Below are positions 6,077-8,229 of a stretch of 8,229 bases of DNA, piece by piece. The first letter of the stretch is position 1. The number at the start of each line of letters is the position of its first letter. The notes beneath the pieces are model-generated. The model did not search any database and was not told where the DNA came from. It saw nothing but the letters and a program-made list of their open reading frames with translations. This DNA is from a virus (Duplodnaviria > Heunggongvirae > Uroviricota > Caudoviricetes). A program made the position numbers and the translations under genes. The stretch spans positions 1-8,229 of the IMG/VR virus record IMGVR_UViG_2645727970_000010; one strand, 5' to 3'.

Positions 6077-6478
6077 GTGGCAAAAGTTTTTACACAAGAA
6101 GAGCGGGAAAAAATTAAAGGGCAGGTGGTGGAACTCGTGCGCCAGAGCGGTCGTGAGACGTTACGGCAACTGGAAGCTAAAACAGGTGCGACTAGATATC
6201 TGATGAGCGTTCTTGCCAGAGAGCTGGTAGCCAGTGGCGATGTATACAACTCCGGCTACGGGGTATTCCCGTCTGAACAGGCGCGTAAGGACTGGCAAAA
6301 CGCCCGCAAAAAACTCTCGAGGGCAAAGGTGAAGAAACCTGCTGTGGTTGATCCGGACCTTATCTGGTCATTACCTGACGGAGAAATACGTCGCTACGAC
6401 AGTCGTCTGAACATAATCTGTCGCGAGTGCCGGAAGAGTGAAGTTATGCAGCGCATACTGGCATTTTATCAGGGATAA
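6077..6478 (+). CDS. Hypothetical protein (133 aa), GTG start, in the slot normally held by a helicase loader
   Basis: GTG at 6077 with AAGGGGGA SD 3-4 nt upstream; no in-frame ATG until codon 43. Basic, possibly winged-helix N-terminus and CxxC near the C-terminus. Not recognised. Confidence 0.55.
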   Translation: MAKVFTQEEREKIKGQVVELVRQSGRETLRQLEAKTGATRYLMSVLARELVASGDVYNSGYGVFPSEQARKDWQNARKKLSRAKVKKPAVVDPDLIWSLPDGEIRRYDSRLNIICRECRKSEVMQRILAFYQG

Positions 6479-6751
6479 TGTTAGGTATTTTAGACGTTAC
6501 TAGATTAAAAAGCATTAGTTCAGGAGTGAATTGACATTCTCATTTTTCATGGCACAGGGTAGATCTGGCGTGGTTGTCCGCTTTGTACCAGGAGCAGACG
6601 TCTAATATATCTACTTGGTTCTTAAATTCAGTGCATCACTGCAAGCTGCTCAACATCAATAAATTAGGGAATAACTCACAACTTTGACTGTTACCACATG
6701 GCATCATAGTGTTTAGAGCATGCATAAGCACCAACGAGGAGTTTTAACATA

Positions 6752-7339
6752 ATGGGACTGGATGATTTCGGCCTTAGTATCTTAGCCGGACTTCTTGCAA
6801 ACAGACTTGATTTCTCAAAACCGAAGGGCACCTCAGCTCAAATGAATGAAGTTATACCAGATGTGATTGAAGAACCAGACAAATTCTCGCTAAGTGCAAA
6901 TTTGCCAAAAAAATTCAAGACATTCGACGTATGGAGTGATTTGGACAAATTGCTAAAGGTTGTGAAAGAACCCAAAATATCTGTTTTGATAGAGGAGCAA
7001 CCATCAACGTACTATCGGCTCCCTAGCTTGGTTCTGGAATCTCAAATCACAGGGGAATGGTATGTTTTCCCGCGAGGCCGCATGAGTTTTGAGGGCAATG
7101 GAGGTGGCATACAGAACGCAGAAGTAATCTTCAATCAGTTGAAAGAAGAAAATGTTCCGGTGGGAGTATGGGTAATCGATCAAGCTCTTCTCGACCGCCT
7201 CGATAACGGACAAGAATGTTGGCCAACCATACGATTACAAATAGTACCATTCTTGGCCGCACCATCGAGCGAATACCCATGGTTCGAAATACAACGAAAC
7301 GTTGCAAAACTCACAGAATTCCATTTGACTAATGATTAA
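6752..7339 (+). CDS. Hypothetical protein (195 aa), orphan cargo gene in an AT-richer segment
   Basis: Clean ORF, ATG at 6752 with GAGGAG SD 10 nt upstream. Composition is AT-richer than the flanking prophage genes by eye (not computed). No Walker, HEPN, HTH or hydrophobic signature found. Confidence 0.7.
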   Translation: MGLDDFGLSILAGLLANRLDFSKPKGTSAQMNEVIPDVIEEPDKFSLSANLPKKFKTFDVWSDLDKLLKVVKEPKISVLIEEQPSTYYRLPSLVLESQITGEWYVFPRGRMSFEGNGGGIQNAEVIFNQLKEENVPVGVWVIDQALLDRLDNGQECWPTIRLQIVPFLAAPSSEYPWFEIQRNVAKLTEFHLTND

Positions 7340-7620
7340 TAGTGAGCCCTAACAGGATAATGGCACACTGGATATGACCACCTAAGCAGAGGCAGTACAG
7401 GGGTAATAAACTATGAACTCCTGCTTTTCGCTCAAAGCGGACTAGAAGGTTAGCTTGTGTCGGACTTTGCGTATTAAAAGAAGTGCTGGTGGTGACTAGT
7501 GGTTGAGCCCCATTTCCACAGAAAAAATCAGAGAAACTATACCCAATAGTTGCATTGAATCACTGACGAGACAGCCTCATATTCATCAGGACTGGTGTAC
7601 ATCCAATACAGGAGGTTGTG

Positions 7621-7710
7621 GTGCTGGTTCTCAAATGTGCGCTGGCTATTACGGCTGTAATGGCGATTTATTGTCTTGCTATTGTTCTTATGGATCGCCT
7701 TTCTGACTGA
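7621..7710 (+). CDS. Candidate small hydrophobic peptide (29 aa), GTG start
   Basis: Perfect AGGAGG SD (7610-7615), 5-nt spacer, GTG at 7621. Translation (M)LVLKCALAITAVMAIYCLAIVLMDRLSD is one predicted membrane helix. Overlaps the frame-0 track ORF 7503..7706 (TTG start, Cys/Gly-rich). Candidate -35 TTGAAT / -10 CATATT at 7555-7583. Very uncertain. Confidence 0.25.
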   Translation: MLVLKCALAITAVMAIYCLAIVLMDRLSD

Positions 7711-7764
7711 TTTCATATTGGCGAGGTAACGGGAGTTAAGTAGAATGGCTGCGGGTGCTTGAGG

Positions 7765-7800
7765 CTATCTGCCTCAGGCATGAACACCAACGGCAGATAG
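7765..7800. other. Hairpin with 9-bp perfect stem (ctatctgcc / ggcagatag) and 18-nt loop
   Basis: Read directly. A second small hairpin gcgtc-ctgcaa-gacgc (7824-7839) is flanked by direct repeats TTAACATTA (7814-7822, 7840-7848). Could be IS terminus, transposase terminator or the small-ORF transcript 3' structure. Confidence 0.35.
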
Positions 7801-7862
7801 AGAAAAGCCCCAGTTAACATTACGCGTCCTGCAAGACGCTTAACATTAATCTGAGGCCAATT

Positions 7863-8229
7863 TCATGCTAGACACATGTAGGTTAGCCTCTTACGTGCCG
7901 AAAGGCAAGGAGATGTATGGGTCCACCACATATTGCAATTTTTATTCTCTTTTAAAATATATTCCACGGGCGTCATTAGTGCGAGCGCCTTGTGGGGTCT
8001 TTTGCTGTTATACAGCACCAGATATTCCGCCAGCTTCTGGTTAAATAGCGCCAGATCTTCAAAGAGTAAAATCTCATTAAATTCAATAAACTGCTCTCTT
8101 AACGTCCGGTTAAAACGTTCACAGATAGCGTTCATTTTTGGCGTGTAGGGATAGGTCCAGAGGTGTTTGATAGCGGCTTCCTGCAGCGTTTTGTCGAAGT
8201 TTCCCAGGAACTCTTTTCCGTTATCTGTG
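7863..8229 (-). CDS. DDE transposase, rve/integrase-core type (IS481-family-like), C-terminal part; N-terminus beyond window end
   Basis: Hand translation upstream of the track ORF gives ...TDNGKEFLGNFDKTLQEAAIKHLWTYPYTPKMNAICERFNRTLREQF...YNSKRPHKALALMTPVEY, carrying the second D (TDNGKEF) and the E (CERFNRTL) of the DDE triad plus the conserved YNxxRPHxxLxxxTP tail. Frame is open to position 8229. Confidence 0.8.
   Translation of the reverse strand, partial: TDNGKEFLGNFDKTLQEAAIKHLWTYPYTPKMNAICERFNRTLREQFIEFNEILLFEDLALFNQKLAEYLVLYNSKRPHKALALMTPVEYILKENKNCNMWWTHTSPCLSARKRLTYMCLA

Noticed and set aside
4736-6249. Minus-strand ORFs 4736..5026, 4956..5147, 5102..5293, 5629..5853, 5736..5951 and 6064..6249
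   Set aside because: Antisense to the better-supported YdaT-like, O-like and 133-aa genes; no SDs.
7004-7213. Minus-strand 69-aa ORF
   Set aside because: Antisense inside the 195-aa gene.
7266-7290. GGTTCGAAAT resembling a tRNA T-loop
   Set aside because: Lies inside the 195-aa coding frame and no acceptor stem or cloverleaf can be built around it.
7635-7706. Cys/Gly-rich peptide from ATG 7635 as a modified-peptide (microcin-like) precursor
   Set aside because: The ATG is 19 nt from the SD, too far; no double-glycine leader consensus and no modification or export genes nearby. Kept only as an alternative in the small-ORF finding.
7933-8148. Plus-strand 71-aa ORF
   Set aside because: Antisense to the transposase frame, which carries clear DDE/rve motifs.
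1-8229. CRISPR arrays, rRNA and tRNA genes
   Set aside because: No regularly spaced repeat-spacer structure, no rRNA-like conserved blocks and no tRNA cloverleaf found by eye.

Overview
This window reads as the early-left / immunity / replication segment of a lambdoid (Rac-like) enterobacterial prophage, ending at the right in a partial IS481-like DDE transposase. Left to right: a large minus-strand RecE-like exonuclease gene running off the window start (1..2040); two small translationally coupled minus-strand genes (2134..2510); a ~490-bp hairpin-rich non-coding stretch; a small plus-strand gene (3003..3203) converging on a two-gene minus-strand operon (3172..3701); a short XRE-type repressor (3870..4277, no peptidase domain) divergent from a Cro/YdaS-like gene (4358..4585); a YdaT/CII-like gene; and an O-like replication initiator (5071..6036) carrying five ~23-bp-period iterons plus an AT-rich tract (candidate ori). 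Four 16-bp palindromes with the pattern GTTAGA-N4-TCTAAC flank the repressor gene and look like its operators. Downstream are a GTG-initiated 133-aa gene, a visibly AT-richer 195-aa orphan gene (6752..7339), a structured stretch with overlapping small ORFs (7503..7710), and the transposase 3' end (7863..8229). No rRNA, tRNA or CRISPR array was found. All product calls rest on by-eye motif recognition and synteny; no database search was run. The best candidates for something undescribed are the small operon next to the repressor, the AT-rich orphan gene, and the small-ORF region beside the IS.
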